Positions 27,771-38,352 of a stretch of 42,125 nt of DNA are shown here, one piece after another (positions within the stretch are counted from its first letter, which is position 1; each line of letters opens with the position of its first letter). The translations under genes and the position numbers were made by a program. The notes beneath the pieces were generated by a model. It saw nothing but the letters and a program-made list of their open reading frames with translations. It did no database searches and had not been told where the DNA came from. The stretch is from a bacterium. Its GTDB lineage: Bacteria > Patescibacteriota > Minisyncoccia > Minisyncoccales > CG1-02-41-26. Location of the stretch: positions 198,251-240,375 of the forward strand of contig JAUWWY010000001.1 of NCBI GenBank assembly GCA_030616605.1, read 5' to 3'.

Positions 27771-28679
27771 TCATAAAAGTCTTCGGGAAATCGCAGAAAT
27801 TATTCTGCGAATAAATCTAAAAGGAGAAATAATTGAACTTAAAAATATCTTGAGTTCTCTATTTTTAATTAGGTCTGCATACTTATCATAGAAATTACTT
27901 ATTGGAAACCATTTATTATCAAAGAAAACTTGATAAATTCTATATTTTTTGGCTTTTTTGTAATATAAGAAATCAATTTTGTCATAAACACCATATCTTA
28001 ATTCAATCACTGTTCGCTCGATTGGCTGCAAGCTACCCCTTCTTGTACTCAATCCCGCCTGCTCGTTTAAATAAAAACCTAAAAGTCCTTGGCTTTTTTC
28101 CATTTCATAATTCAAGGCAATTCTCACCATTAAATCAAAGTCAGCTCCTTGAATAAGCTGCTCATCAAAATATCCTATCTTTTCGTTAATTGCTTTCCTC
28201 CACATTGGAAATGGTCCGCAATACATCCCTTTAATAAATTTTTCTCTCTTAAATTCAAGTGAAACAATCAAATTACCAGTAGTTTTACCAATTTTATCCA
28301 CTATTATGAAGTCTCCGTAAGTTAAGCTGGCTTCTGGATTTTTATCAAGAACATCCATCTGAATTTCAAGAGAGTCAGGAGTACGTAAATCATCAACATT
28401 CCAGATAGTTACATAATTCCCCTTGGCTTCTTTTATACATCGATTCATTGACTTGCCTATTGGCTCAACCGGTCTGATAATAATGTGTTTTATAACGCCC
28501 GGATATTTTTTTTGAAAATTTTTAACTAATTTAATTTCTTTGTCTGTTGGTTGATTATGAACTAAAACAATCTCTATTTTATCCAATATGGTCTGCTCAG
28601 AGACATTTTTTAAAAAACTTTCTAAATATTTCTCTCCCTTAAAGCAAGAAGTTATAGTACTGATTTTAATCTGTTTCAT
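27771..28679 (-). CDS. GT2 glycosyltransferase
   Basis: ISTITSCFKGEKYLESFLKNVSEQT, WNVDD (DxD-like), GADFDLMVR. Confidence 0.7.
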   Translation of the reverse strand: MKQIKISTITSCFKGEKYLESFLKNVSEQTILDKIEIVLVHNQPTDKEIKLVKNFQKKYPGVIKHIIIRPVEPIGKSMNRCIKEAKGNYVTIWNVDDLRTPDSLEIQMDVLDKNPEASLTYGDFIIVDKIGKTTGNLIVSLEFKREKFIKGMYCGPFPMWRKAINEKIGYFDEQLIQGADFDLMVRIALNYEMEKSQGLLGFYLNEQAGLSTRRGSLQPIERTVIELRYGVYDKIDFLYYKKAKKYRIYQVFFDNKWFPISNFYDKYADLIKNRELKIFLSSIISPFRFIRRIISAISRRLL

Positions 28680-29633
28680 TTATTTAATAGATTTTTGATT
28701 TTCTAAGAATCTTAAATTTTTAATAAAATATACTGGACTAAAAAATATTTTTATCATCACCTTAATAATTTTATACCGAAGGGGCTCAGATAAAATAGTT
28801 TTAGCCAACAACATTTCGTATTTTAGTCTGTTTGGTGATTTGTTATCTAAATTATAATATTTTGATAAATATTTCTTAATTTTATCTTGTGAAACAAATT
28901 TATTTGGTGCTTTTATGAGCTGGATTGTTTTGTTTTTTAAATTATCACTCTCTTTTATAAAAAAGAAGGAGTAATAAGTTGGTATATGATTAGTTTTATA
29001 TCCAAAGTTCTTAAAAAATCTTGTTGTTAAACATCCTTTGTGCACTGAAGCACAACAAATATTAAATACCTCATTTGGCATCTCATCTTTCTCTTTAATC
29101 GAGGAATTCAAATAATCTTTATTATAAGCTAAAGAATGCCAAGAAAAAGGAACAGAGATGATCACGAATCGAGACATGCTGTTGAGTCTATTTAATACTA
29201 AATGCAGTTTTTCTATTGGTATATGTTCAATAATTTGGTTAGCAATGAGAATATCATATTTTTCTCTAAACTTATAATCTATAATATTACCCATTATCAG
29301 TTTGTTATATGTCTTTCCTAATATCTTTTTGTTATCTTTAGTAAAAAAAATATCAAAACCATCTAATAAAATATTTCTACTTATTGATCTTTTCCTTAAT
29401 GCTTTGCCAAAAGAACCGTTCCCACAACCGATGTCCAACAGTTTTGGATTCCGGATCTTATATTTCTTAATAATATCTTCACAGTAATCTATGCTTTTAT
29501 TTATCAGACCCAAATTTGATAAAGCTTCTCCAGAAAGAACATCTTTTTCATATTTCTTATGATTAATCTTTTGATTTTGGTAAGAAGTAATGGAGTTTTT
29601 AAGTATATATTTTGCCAATTTAATTATATTCAT
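28680..29633 (-). CDS. Class I SAM-dependent methyltransferase
   Basis: Motif I LLDIGCGNGSFG, plus ILIANQIIEHI. I chose the start at MNIIK (29633), 4 nt after the upstream stop, rather than 29666. Confidence 0.75.
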   Translation of the reverse strand: MNIIKLAKYILKNSITSYQNQKINHKKYEKDVLSGEALSNLGLINKSIDYCEDIIKKYKIRNPKLLDIGCGNGSFGKALRKRSISRNILLDGFDIFFTKDNKKILGKTYNKLIMGNIIDYKFREKYDILIANQIIEHIPIEKLHLVLNRLNSMSRFVIISVPFSWHSLAYNKDYLNSSIKEKDEMPNEVFNICCASVHKGCLTTRFFKNFGYKTNHIPTYYSFFFIKESDNLKNKTIQLIKAPNKFVSQDKIKKYLSKYYNLDNKSPNRLKYEMLLAKTILSEPLRYKIIKVMIKIFFSPVYFIKNLRFLENQKSIK

Positions 29634-29637
29634 AACT

Positions 29638-30567
29638 TCAACAGAGATTTTTTTGGTACCAGTCAACTCTCTTTCTCAAACCTTCTTCCAAATTGCATTT
29701 TGGCTCCCAGCCGAGTTCTTTTTTTGCTTTAGAATAATCGAGAGAATAGCGATATTGCTCACCTGCTCTATCCGGTAAATAAATAGGGTTAGCTTCTTTA
29801 CCTAAAATTTGAGCAATTTTTTTATATAAATCATTTAAAGTGGTTTCAATGCCAGTTCCAATATTAAAAATCGGCTTTGAAAAATCAGGAGAAACTTCTA
29901 AAGCCAAAAGATTAGCTTTTATTACGTCTTCAATGTAGACATAATCTCTCGTCTTTTCTCCGTCGCCGTACATTTCTGCCTGTTTGTTATCCGCTAATTT
30001 TCTAATATAATCAGCCATTGCTCCAGTGAATTGCCTGGGCCCGTAAACAGCCGAGTATCTTAAAACAACATATGGTAAGTTAAAAGTGGTCCTATAAAAC
30101 TCCAAATAATTTTCAATTGCCTGTTTGGAAACTATATAAGGAGAAATTGGCATAATTGGTTCAGTTTCTTTGGCTGGTAGATTTTCAGTATTTCCATAAA
30201 GAAATCCTGAAGAAGAAAATATAATCTTTTTCACGCCATATTTTTTAGCATTTTGGAAAATATTAATCGCTCCAGCAATACTATCCATATCCATTAAGGG
30301 ATCTTCAACTGATTTCGGCACTAAAACATTAAAGGCAAAATGATAAATAAATTCTGGTTTTTCTTCTCGAAAAACTTTTTCCACTTCAGGATTGGCAATA
30401 TTTAAATTATAAAATTTAGCTTCGGGGTTGAGATTTTCTTTACGTCCGGTTACTAAATTATCAATTATAGCCACCCTAACTCCTTCTTTAATTAGAGTAT
30501 CAACAGTATGAGAACCAATAAAACCAGCTCCTCCGGTAACTAAAAACTTTTTATTTTTCAATTCCAT
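29638..30567 (-). CDS. GalE-like NAD-dependent NDP-sugar epimerase (extended SDR)
   Basis: VTGGAGFIGSH, YIVSK, RYSAVYGPRQ. It is a clear paralogue of the 37422-38351 product. Confidence 0.85.
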   Translation of the reverse strand: MELKNKKFLVTGGAGFIGSHTVDTLIKEGVRVAIIDNLVTGRKENLNPEAKFYNLNIANPEVEKVFREEKPEFIYHFAFNVLVPKSVEDPLMDMDSIAGAINIFQNAKKYGVKKIIFSSSGFLYGNTENLPAKETEPIMPISPYIVSKQAIENYLEFYRTTFNLPYVVLRYSAVYGPRQFTGAMADYIRKLADNKQAEMYGDGEKTRDYVYIEDVIKANLLALEVSPDFSKPIFNIGTGIETTLNDLYKKIAQILGKEANPIYLPDRAGEQYRYSLDYSKAKKELGWEPKCNLEEGLRKRVDWYQKNLC

Positions 30568-30610
30568 ATTATTTTACAATTATCAGCTATTTTCCTCACC
30601 CGATTAATCT

Positions 30611-31390
30611 TCAATAATTCTTTGAATATTCAAATTCTTTTTTTGAGAATATATAAGTATATGAATAAAGACCGAATAATGGAAATGGCACAAGATATCC
30701 ATAATTCCAACTGTTAAACTCATCTATTGCTTTCAATTCTCCATAGTTAGGATTTCCATGAAATGCCCAGATATCATCGAATCTGAAGAAACAACCACTA
30801 TTCAAAAGCGGTAGAATCCATCTCATTAACGTAATGGTTGAGGAGTAATAATCACAATCAATATTTATTATAGCCGGTTTATATTTCAATAATCTGTCCT
30901 TTAGTTTCTCTGTTAATGACTGATCATAAAACCCTTTTATTATATGAAAATTTTCTTTAGGAAATTTTGTTCTTTTCACAACATTTAATACTTCTTTTTC
31001 TGAATGTCTCATCTCTCCCTTTTTCAATGTTGGATGATTATCGCCATCGACCTTCTCGGGTAATCCTTCAAAACTATCAAAAGCAAAAATATGAAATTTC
31101 TTTATATCTATTCTGTAATCTTTACAGAATTTCTTGAGAGCTAAAATATAAATTTCCATTGAACCACCACCCGCTACTCCAAATTCATAAAAATTATATT
31201 TTGGAGCAAAATTTTTACATGTTATATACTGATAAACCAAACAATCATAATACCAAGAAAAAAGATTATCTTTTCTTCGATATTGAAATAAGAAATAACC
31301 AAAAACATGGTTGAAAATATTTTCGACAAAAAGTCGAAAATTGTAATATTTTGGATTATTTAATTTTTGAATTAATTTCATACTACCCAA
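30611..31390 (-). CDS. TylF/MycF-type (macrocin-O-methyltransferase family) sugar O-methyltransferase
   Basis: EFGVAGGGSM, FAFDSFEGLPE, INIDCDYYSST...FDD (metal-binding Asp pattern of the family). Confidence 0.7.
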   Translation of the reverse strand: MGSMKLIQKLNNPKYYNFRLFVENIFNHVFGYFLFQYRRKDNLFSWYYDCLVYQYITCKNFAPKYNFYEFGVAGGGSMEIYILALKKFCKDYRIDIKKFHIFAFDSFEGLPEKVDGDNHPTLKKGEMRHSEKEVLNVVKRTKFPKENFHIIKGFYDQSLTEKLKDRLLKYKPAIINIDCDYYSSTITLMRWILPLLNSGCFFRFDDIWAFHGNPNYGELKAIDEFNSWNYGYLVPFPLFGLYSYTYIFSKKEFEYSKNY

Positions 31391-31447
31391 ATTAATTGTC
31401 TTTTTATTATTACAACAAAATACATTTTTTTATCTTTTAATTCCATA

Positions 31448-32419
31448 CTATTTTGATAATTCCTCACTAATCCATTTATAGGTCTTCTCTAAACCTTTTT
31501 CTAAAGAAATCTCTGACTCCCAGTTAAGAATTTTTTTTAATTGGGTTAAGTCAGCATTTCTCCCTCTAACTCCCTGAGGTTTATCTAATTGATAAACCTT
31601 TTTCAATTCCTTACCAGCAATTTTTGAAACTATATCTACTAACTCATTTATAGTTATTAACCTATCTGAGCCAATATTTAAAGGTTCTTTGTAATCTGAC
31701 TCCATTAACCTATATGTTCCTTCTAAGCAATCATCAATATAGCAGAAAGAGCGGGTTTGTTTGCCATCTCCCCAGATCTGGATTTCGTCTCCATCTTGGG
31801 TCTGAGTCACTTTTCTACATATGGCAGCTGGCGCTTTTTCTCTTCCTCCTTCGAAAACTCCTTCTGGACCGTAAATATTGTGGTATCTTGCTATTCTGAC
31901 TTCTAATCCATAATCTTGATGATAATTTTGATAAATTCTTTCAGAAAATAGCTTTTCCCAACCGTATTCATTGTCTGGATCAGCCGGATAGGCATCACTT
32001 TCTTTTAAGGGTAGTACCTCAGGGCTCTCTTGTTTAAATATAGGATAAATACAAGCAGAGGAAGAATAAAATACTCTTTTTACCTTGTTCTGCCTTGAGG
32101 CCTCTGCTATATTAACATTTATCAAAACATTATCTCTCATCACATCTGCTTTATGAAAAGTAATAAAGCCAATACCTCCCATATTGGCAGCTAAGGTATA
32201 AACTTCATCAATTCCCTGAGTTGCTTTTAAACAATTTTGAAAATCTCTTAAATCTAAAATTAAAAATTCATCTGCCTCATCTTTTGGAGAAAATTCTGGA
32301 TATTTAATATCTACTCCCCTAACCCAATAACCTTTTTCTTTTAAAAATCTTATTAGGTGATGACCGATGAACCCGCCAGCACCCGTGACTAAAATTCTTT
32401 TTTGTGTGCTTGTTTCCAT
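31448..32419 (-). CDS. GDP-mannose 3,5-epimerase (GME) family protein
   Basis: Long collinear matches to the plant GME sequence as I remember it: AANMGGIGFI, SSSACIYPIFKQ, EYGWEK, GGREKAPAAICRK, WGDGKQTRSF, PQGVRGRNADL. I chose the start at METSTQ (32419), after the fcl stop. Confidence 0.8.
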   Translation of the reverse strand: METSTQKRILVTGAGGFIGHHLIRFLKEKGYWVRGVDIKYPEFSPKDEADEFLILDLRDFQNCLKATQGIDEVYTLAANMGGIGFITFHKADVMRDNVLINVNIAEASRQNKVKRVFYSSSACIYPIFKQESPEVLPLKESDAYPADPDNEYGWEKLFSERIYQNYHQDYGLEVRIARYHNIYGPEGVFEGGREKAPAAICRKVTQTQDGDEIQIWGDGKQTRSFCYIDDCLEGTYRLMESDYKEPLNIGSDRLITINELVDIVSKIAGKELKKVYQLDKPQGVRGRNADLTQLKKILNWESEISLEKGLEKTYKWISEELSK

Positions 32420-32433
32420 ATTTTTAGGTTTTA

Positions 32434-33839
<1,406 letters not shown>

Positions 33840-33847
<8 letters not shown>

Positions 33848-34901
33848 CTTTCCACCATTTATCAGAAAATTTTTCTTTTAAGATTTTATCCCCTTCTCCG
33901 GGCGGAGTAAGTTTTAATTTTCTAAAATCAGCATCTATCATTATCTTAATTAACTCATCAAATTTTATTTTTGGCTGCCAGTTAAGTTTTTCTTTGGCTT
34001 TAGAAATATCACCGACTAAATTCTCAGCTTCAGCCGGACGGAAATAGCGAGGGTCAGTCTCAACATATTTCTGCCAATCACCCAAACCCGCATAATTAAA
34101 AGCTTTTTCTAAAAACTCTTTTACTGAATGACTTTCTCCTGTTGCTATCACATAGTCATCTGCTTTTTCCTGCTGAAGCATTAAGTGCATTACCACAACG
34201 TATTCCTGGGTAAGACCCCAATCTCTTTTTGCTTCTAAATTTCCCATGTACAGTTTTTCATCCAGACCGGCCTTTATACTGGCGACTCCTCTTGTAATTT
34301 TTCTGGTAACAAACGTTGGTCCTCTTCTGGTTCCTTCATGATTGAATAAAATTCCATTACAGGCAAAAATATTATACGCTTCCCTGTACAACCGGGTTAT
34401 ATGATAACTGAAAACCTTGGCGCAGGCATAAGGGCTTCTTGGATGAAAAGGAGTTTTTTCATTTTGTGGAGGCGGAGACGAACCGAACATTTCACTGGAA
34501 GCAGCCATATAAAATTTTATCGGCAAGCCAGAGTTCTTAATTGCTTCAAGTATTCTTAAGGTTCCTAAAGCATCAGTGTTACAGGTGTATTCAGGCATAT
34601 CAAAACTGACCCTGACATGAGACATAGCAGCCAAGTGATAAATTTCATCGGGCTTAATCTCTTTTATCAGTCTTTCAATACTACCTGTATCAGTCATATC
34701 GCCATAATGCAAATGAAGTCTCACACCGTGAATATGAGGATCCTTATAAAGATGGTCAATCCTTTCTGTCAGAAAAACGCTGTCCCACCTTATAATCCCG
34801 TGAACATCATAACCTTTGTTTAATAAAAGCTCGGCTAAATATGAACCGTCCTGTCCGGCAATTCCCGAAATCAAAGCAGTTTTTGTTTTTTCTTGATTCA
34901 T
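33840..34901 (-). CDS. gmd: GDP-mannose 4,6-dehydratase
   Basis: [65 protein letters not shown]. Confidence 0.95.
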
Positions 34902-34923
34902 ATAATTTTAATTTAGTAATTTT

Positions 34924-34951
34924 ATTATAATATTTTTAGAGAATAAAACAA
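34924..34951 (-). promoter_or_regulatory. Candidate promoter of the gmd operon
   Basis: On the - strand: TTGTTT (34951-34946), 16-nt spacer, TATAAT (34929-34924), about 22 nt upstream of the gmd ATG. Confidence 0.4.
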
Positions 34952-34960
34952 GAGTAAAAC

Positions 34961-34993
34961 TTGACAGTTTAGTTATCTGTGTTAAAATAACTA
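34961..34993 (+). promoter_or_regulatory. Near-consensus sigma70 promoter of the orphan gene, with an overlapping 7-bp inverted repeat
   Basis: TTGACA (34961-34966), 16-nt spacer, TGt-TAAAAT (34980-34988). The inverted repeat TAGTTAT (34970-34976) / ATAACTA (34987-34993) straddles the -10. GGAGG at 35025-35029 lies 5 nt before the ATG. Confidence 0.6.
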
Positions 34994-35034
34994 GAGTATT
35001 TAAAAATTAAATAATATCAAAAAAGGAGGTAAAG

Positions 35035-35898
35035 ATGTTGGAATTGAAAGATTTTTCAGGAGAAAGAGGAGTCCGACTCTTGACAGTCAGATGCACTAAC
35101 GCCTGGCTTGAAAAAAGTACACTTTTCGTGGAATTAAGTGAAGATAACAAAATCTTTACAAATTCCCGCGAACGCATAACACACTTTGAGTCGATTGAAA
35201 CAAGGTGGTTGCAAAGCCAACTTGCCTCTCAAGACGAAAAAGTGATGATTGCAACTCCTGACCATCCTTTGGAAATTCTCACAGGGGATGTATGTCCGAT
35301 TTTACAAATCGAGGGAGAGGATTATATCCTTTCTTTCTATCGTGACATAATGCCCCAAGGTTGGTTGATTCCCGGAGGTTGTCCTCGTAGTCTGGATGAG
35401 CTGTTAAATCCGAAATTAATTGCGGTCAGGGAAGCTGCCGAGGAAATCCTTATAGGGGATAAGAAAGGAAATATCTACCTGCTCCCCGACTCTAAGATTC
35501 AACTCGAAGCAAACCTGGATGCCTGGAAATTGGAGTCAAGCACGATAATCCCCATCAATATTAAGGAAGTTCCTTTGAAATGGGAAGGTATTACAGCTCT
35601 CGTCATCAGAACAAAGGACAAAGAAACCAGGACAGAAGGCAGTTTTACTGTTGATCCTTTTACAGGGTCAGTAGCCCTGACTCTATATTGGAGAATTGAA
35701 CTTTTTGTCAAACTGTCCGAATTGAAAATATGGGATGGCGAACGCCTACCAGACCGGCCTCTGAACCGACCAGCCAGATTAACCGATAAAAAAGGAAGAA
35801 CAGTAGCTCTCTTTAGTGGAGGAGACAATGTTCTCTCCGCGTCTTGGATGAACCCGGAGACAGGGGCTCGAGCAACACTTCCATTTTCTGACAACTAA
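35035..35898 (+). CDS. Orphan 287-aa protein with a degenerate Nudix-like box; compositionally atypical
   Basis: It has a strong SD and promoter upstream and a terminator downstream. GWLIPGGCPRSLDELLNPKLIAVREAAEEILIG approximates Gx5Ex7REUxEExGU. It is much more G+C-rich than its neighbours. Confidence 0.75.
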   Translation: MLELKDFSGERGVRLLTVRCTNAWLEKSTLFVELSEDNKIFTNSRERITHFESIETRWLQSQLASQDEKVMIATPDHPLEILTGDVCPILQIEGEDYILSFYRDIMPQGWLIPGGCPRSLDELLNPKLIAVREAAEEILIGDKKGNIYLLPDSKIQLEANLDAWKLESSTIIPINIKEVPLKWEGITALVIRTKDKETRTEGSFTVDPFTGSVALTLYWRIELFVKLSELKIWDGERLPDRPLNRPARLTDKKGRTVALFSGGDNVLSASWMNPETGARATLPFSDN

Positions 35899-35911
35899 CT
35901 AAATCAAACAT

Positions 35912-35942
35912 AAAAAAACCGATTCAGATGAATCGGTTTTTT
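35912..35942. terminator. Bidirectional rho-independent terminator between the orphan gene and the convergent flippase gene
   Basis: AAAAAAA-CCGATTC-AGAT-GAATCGG-TTTTTT: a perfect stem flanked by an A-tract and a T-tract. Confidence 0.8.
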
Positions 35943-35953
35943 GTCCTTTTAGA

Positions 35954-37432
35954 TTATTTAATAAAATATCTTAGCACGCTTTTTAAGATAAAGAAAGTGG
36001 GAAAATAAACTAAAATACCAATTAAAATAATATAAATAATATAAAGATTATAAACATCAGGAAAGGAAATTACTAAATACATTATCATGCTAGAGATAAA
36101 AGCTATAATAAAAGTGAAAATTAACTTTAAGTTAACTGGCCGAACACGGGTGAATTTTGAGGTAAATTTAAAAAGTAAAAATAACATTAAAAGCCCGGCT
36201 ATCAAACTAGCTAAAGCAGCACCATAAAGAGAATATTTGGGAATTAAAATCAGGTTTAAAATTACATTGAGAATTGCTCCAAAAAAAACAATCCAAAAAG
36301 CTTTTCTCTGCTGATTTGAAATAACTAATGCGTGACTAAAAGGACTATTCAAAATTCCAATTCCAGCTCCTATTATTAAAATCTGAAAAGCCAGAATAGA
36401 GGGAAAATAGCTTGGGTCATAAACAAGATCAATAATCTTCAGAGCTAAGGCAATACCGCCAATTACTAAAGGGACAGCAATAAAAATCATTATTTCCATG
36501 AAATAATTCCAGCTATTTTGGAATTTTTCTTTTGATTCACCGAAAAATCTGCTCAGGGTAGGAAAAAAGCTTACTGCAATCAAACCAGTGGGAATTAAAG
36601 CAACACCTGCAACTCTTTGAGCAGCATTATACCAACCAGTCTGAGTAATTTGTCCCCAATAACCCATCATTATTGAATCAGTATTAGTGCAAATTGAACT
36701 CATCATCCCACCTAAAGCTAAAGGCCAGGACATTGCTAAAAAATTCCGCCAAACAGCTTTGTTAAAATTTAATCTTAATTGATAAACCTTAAAGTGGAAA
36801 AAAAATAAAATAAAAATTAGGGCAGTAAAAGCAGCAATTAAATAACTTAAACTTAAATTTTTAACCGAAGGAAAGTTAAAAATAACAAAAAAACCAGCAC
36901 CAGTTACCACTAACGCCTGAAGAATCTTTGCCCAAGCTTCGTATTCCATCTTTTGACGGGCTTGAAAAAAAGCATAAATAATTCCCGAAAAACCACTAAC
37001 GACAATATAAATTCCTAAAATCCAGATTACTCCCCGAATCAGAGGGTCAGGAGTAATAAAAAAGGAACCGATACAGATTAAGAGCAAGGTTCCTATGCTT
37101 AAAACAAGTTTTAAAGAAAGAACAGCCGGGAATTCTTTTTCTTTTTCTTTTTCTCTAGCAATTTCTCGAGTAGTAATTGAAGAAATCCCTAAATCAGAAA
37201 AAATAGCAAATAAAGAAACAAAAGCTAAAGCAAAGGTAAATTTTCCATATTCAGTAGCTCCTAAAATTCGAGCAATAAAAATAATCAAAAAGAGTTTCAA
37301 AAACCGAGTTATTCCTTCTGCCACTGCTAACCAAAAGGTATTTTTGGCGACAGTCTGCTTCAATCCTATATTTTGAAGAAAAAAAACTCTCGGATTGGAG
37401 ATAACATTTTTAATTACATTTTTAATATCCAT
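35954..37432 (-). CDS. wzx: Wzx-like oligosaccharide flippase (MOP/polysaccharide biosynthesis protein family)
   Basis: 492 aa with about 12-14 hydrophobic helices and the N-terminal pattern KNTFWLAVAEGITRFLKLFLIIFIARILGATEYGKF typical of the family. Confidence 0.7.
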   Translation of the reverse strand: MDIKNVIKNVISNPRVFFLQNIGLKQTVAKNTFWLAVAEGITRFLKLFLIIFIARILGATEYGKFTFALAFVSLFAIFSDLGISSITTREIAREKEKEKEFPAVLSLKLVLSIGTLLLICIGSFFITPDPLIRGVIWILGIYIVVSGFSGIIYAFFQARQKMEYEAWAKILQALVVTGAGFFVIFNFPSVKNLSLSYLIAAFTALIFILFFFHFKVYQLRLNFNKAVWRNFLAMSWPLALGGMMSSICTNTDSIMMGYWGQITQTGWYNAAQRVAGVALIPTGLIAVSFFPTLSRFFGESKEKFQNSWNYFMEIMIFIAVPLVIGGIALALKIIDLVYDPSYFPSILAFQILIIGAGIGILNSPFSHALVISNQQRKAFWIVFFGAILNVILNLILIPKYSLYGAALASLIAGLLMLFLLFKFTSKFTRVRPVNLKLIFTFIIAFISSMIMYLVISFPDVYNLYIIYIILIGILVYFPTFFILKSVLRYFIK

Positions 37433-38351
37433 AATTTCTAAACCATTTAATCGTTTCCTTTAATCCCTTTTCTAAATCATATCTTGGCTGCCAATTCAAC
37501 TCTTTTTTAATTTTAGAAAAATCTAAACAGCTTCTCAATTGCTCTCCTTTTTTAGCTGGTCCATATTGAGGAGTAATATCCTTTCCTATTTCCTTAACTA
37601 ATAATTTATAAATCTCATTTACTGATGTTTCAATACCCCTGCCCAGATTATAAACTGGGTTTTTTCCAAGAGAACTTTCTAAACTTAATATTGCTGCCTC
37701 TATTGCGTCATCCACAAAAAGATAATCTCTGGTTTGTTTGCCATCTCCGTTAATTATTACCTCCTCATTTTTCAGCATTCTATCGCAAAAAATTGCTATT
37801 ACCCCGGCTTCTCCTTTGGAGTTTTGGCGAGGACCATAAACATTAGCTAGCCGTAAAGCAGTATAATCTAAACCAAAGGTTTTTTTATAAAAATGAAGAT
37901 ATTTTTCAATAGCCAGTTTAGTAATTCCATAAGGAGATTCTGGTTTCTCCAGCTGGCTTTCTGGGGTTGGAATAATATCCGTATCCCCATACATTGCTCC
38001 TCCTGAAGAGGCAAAAATGATTTTTTTCACTCCAAATTTTTGACAACTCTCTAAAATATTTAAACTTCCTAAAATATTAATTTTTGCATCTTCTATTGGA
38101 TTTTCTACTGATTTTCTAACGTCAATTTGGGCGGCATAATGAAAAACTGTTTCTGGTTTTTCCTTTTCAAAAAGCCCAAAAATCTCTGGGCTTTGAATAT
38201 CAATTTTGTAAAATTTAGCTTTAGGATTGAGATTTTCCTTTTTCCCACTGGATAAATTATCAACAATCACTACTTGATGACCTTTTTCTATTAGTTTATC
38301 TACCAGGTGAGAAGCAATAAATCCGGCTCCACCTGTAACTAAAATTTTCAT
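37422..38351 (-). CDS. GalE-like NAD-dependent NDP-sugar epimerase (extended SDR)
   Basis: VTGGAGFIASHL, YGITK, RLANVYGPRQ. I chose the start at MKILVTGG (38351), 1 nt after the upstream stop; 38381 is the alternative. Confidence 0.85.
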   Translation of the reverse strand: MKILVTGGAGFIASHLVDKLIEKGHQVVIVDNLSSGKKENLNPKAKFYKIDIQSPEIFGLFEKEKPETVFHYAAQIDVRKSVENPIEDAKINILGSLNILESCQKFGVKKIIFASSGGAMYGDTDIIPTPESQLEKPESPYGITKLAIEKYLHFYKKTFGLDYTALRLANVYGPRQNSKGEAGVIAIFCDRMLKNEEVIINGDGKQTRDYLFVDDAIEAAILSLESSLGKNPVYNLGRGIETSVNEIYKLLVKEIGKDITPQYGPAKKGEQLRSCLDFSKIKKELNWQPRYDLEKGLKETIKWFRNYGY

Positions 38352-38352
38352 A

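Noticed and set aside
35499-35894. 131-aa antisense ORF inside the orphan gene
   Set aside because: There is no promoter or SD, and it runs into the + strand gene's terminator. Long antisense ORFs are expected where G+C rises. The + strand ORF has the full set of expression signals.
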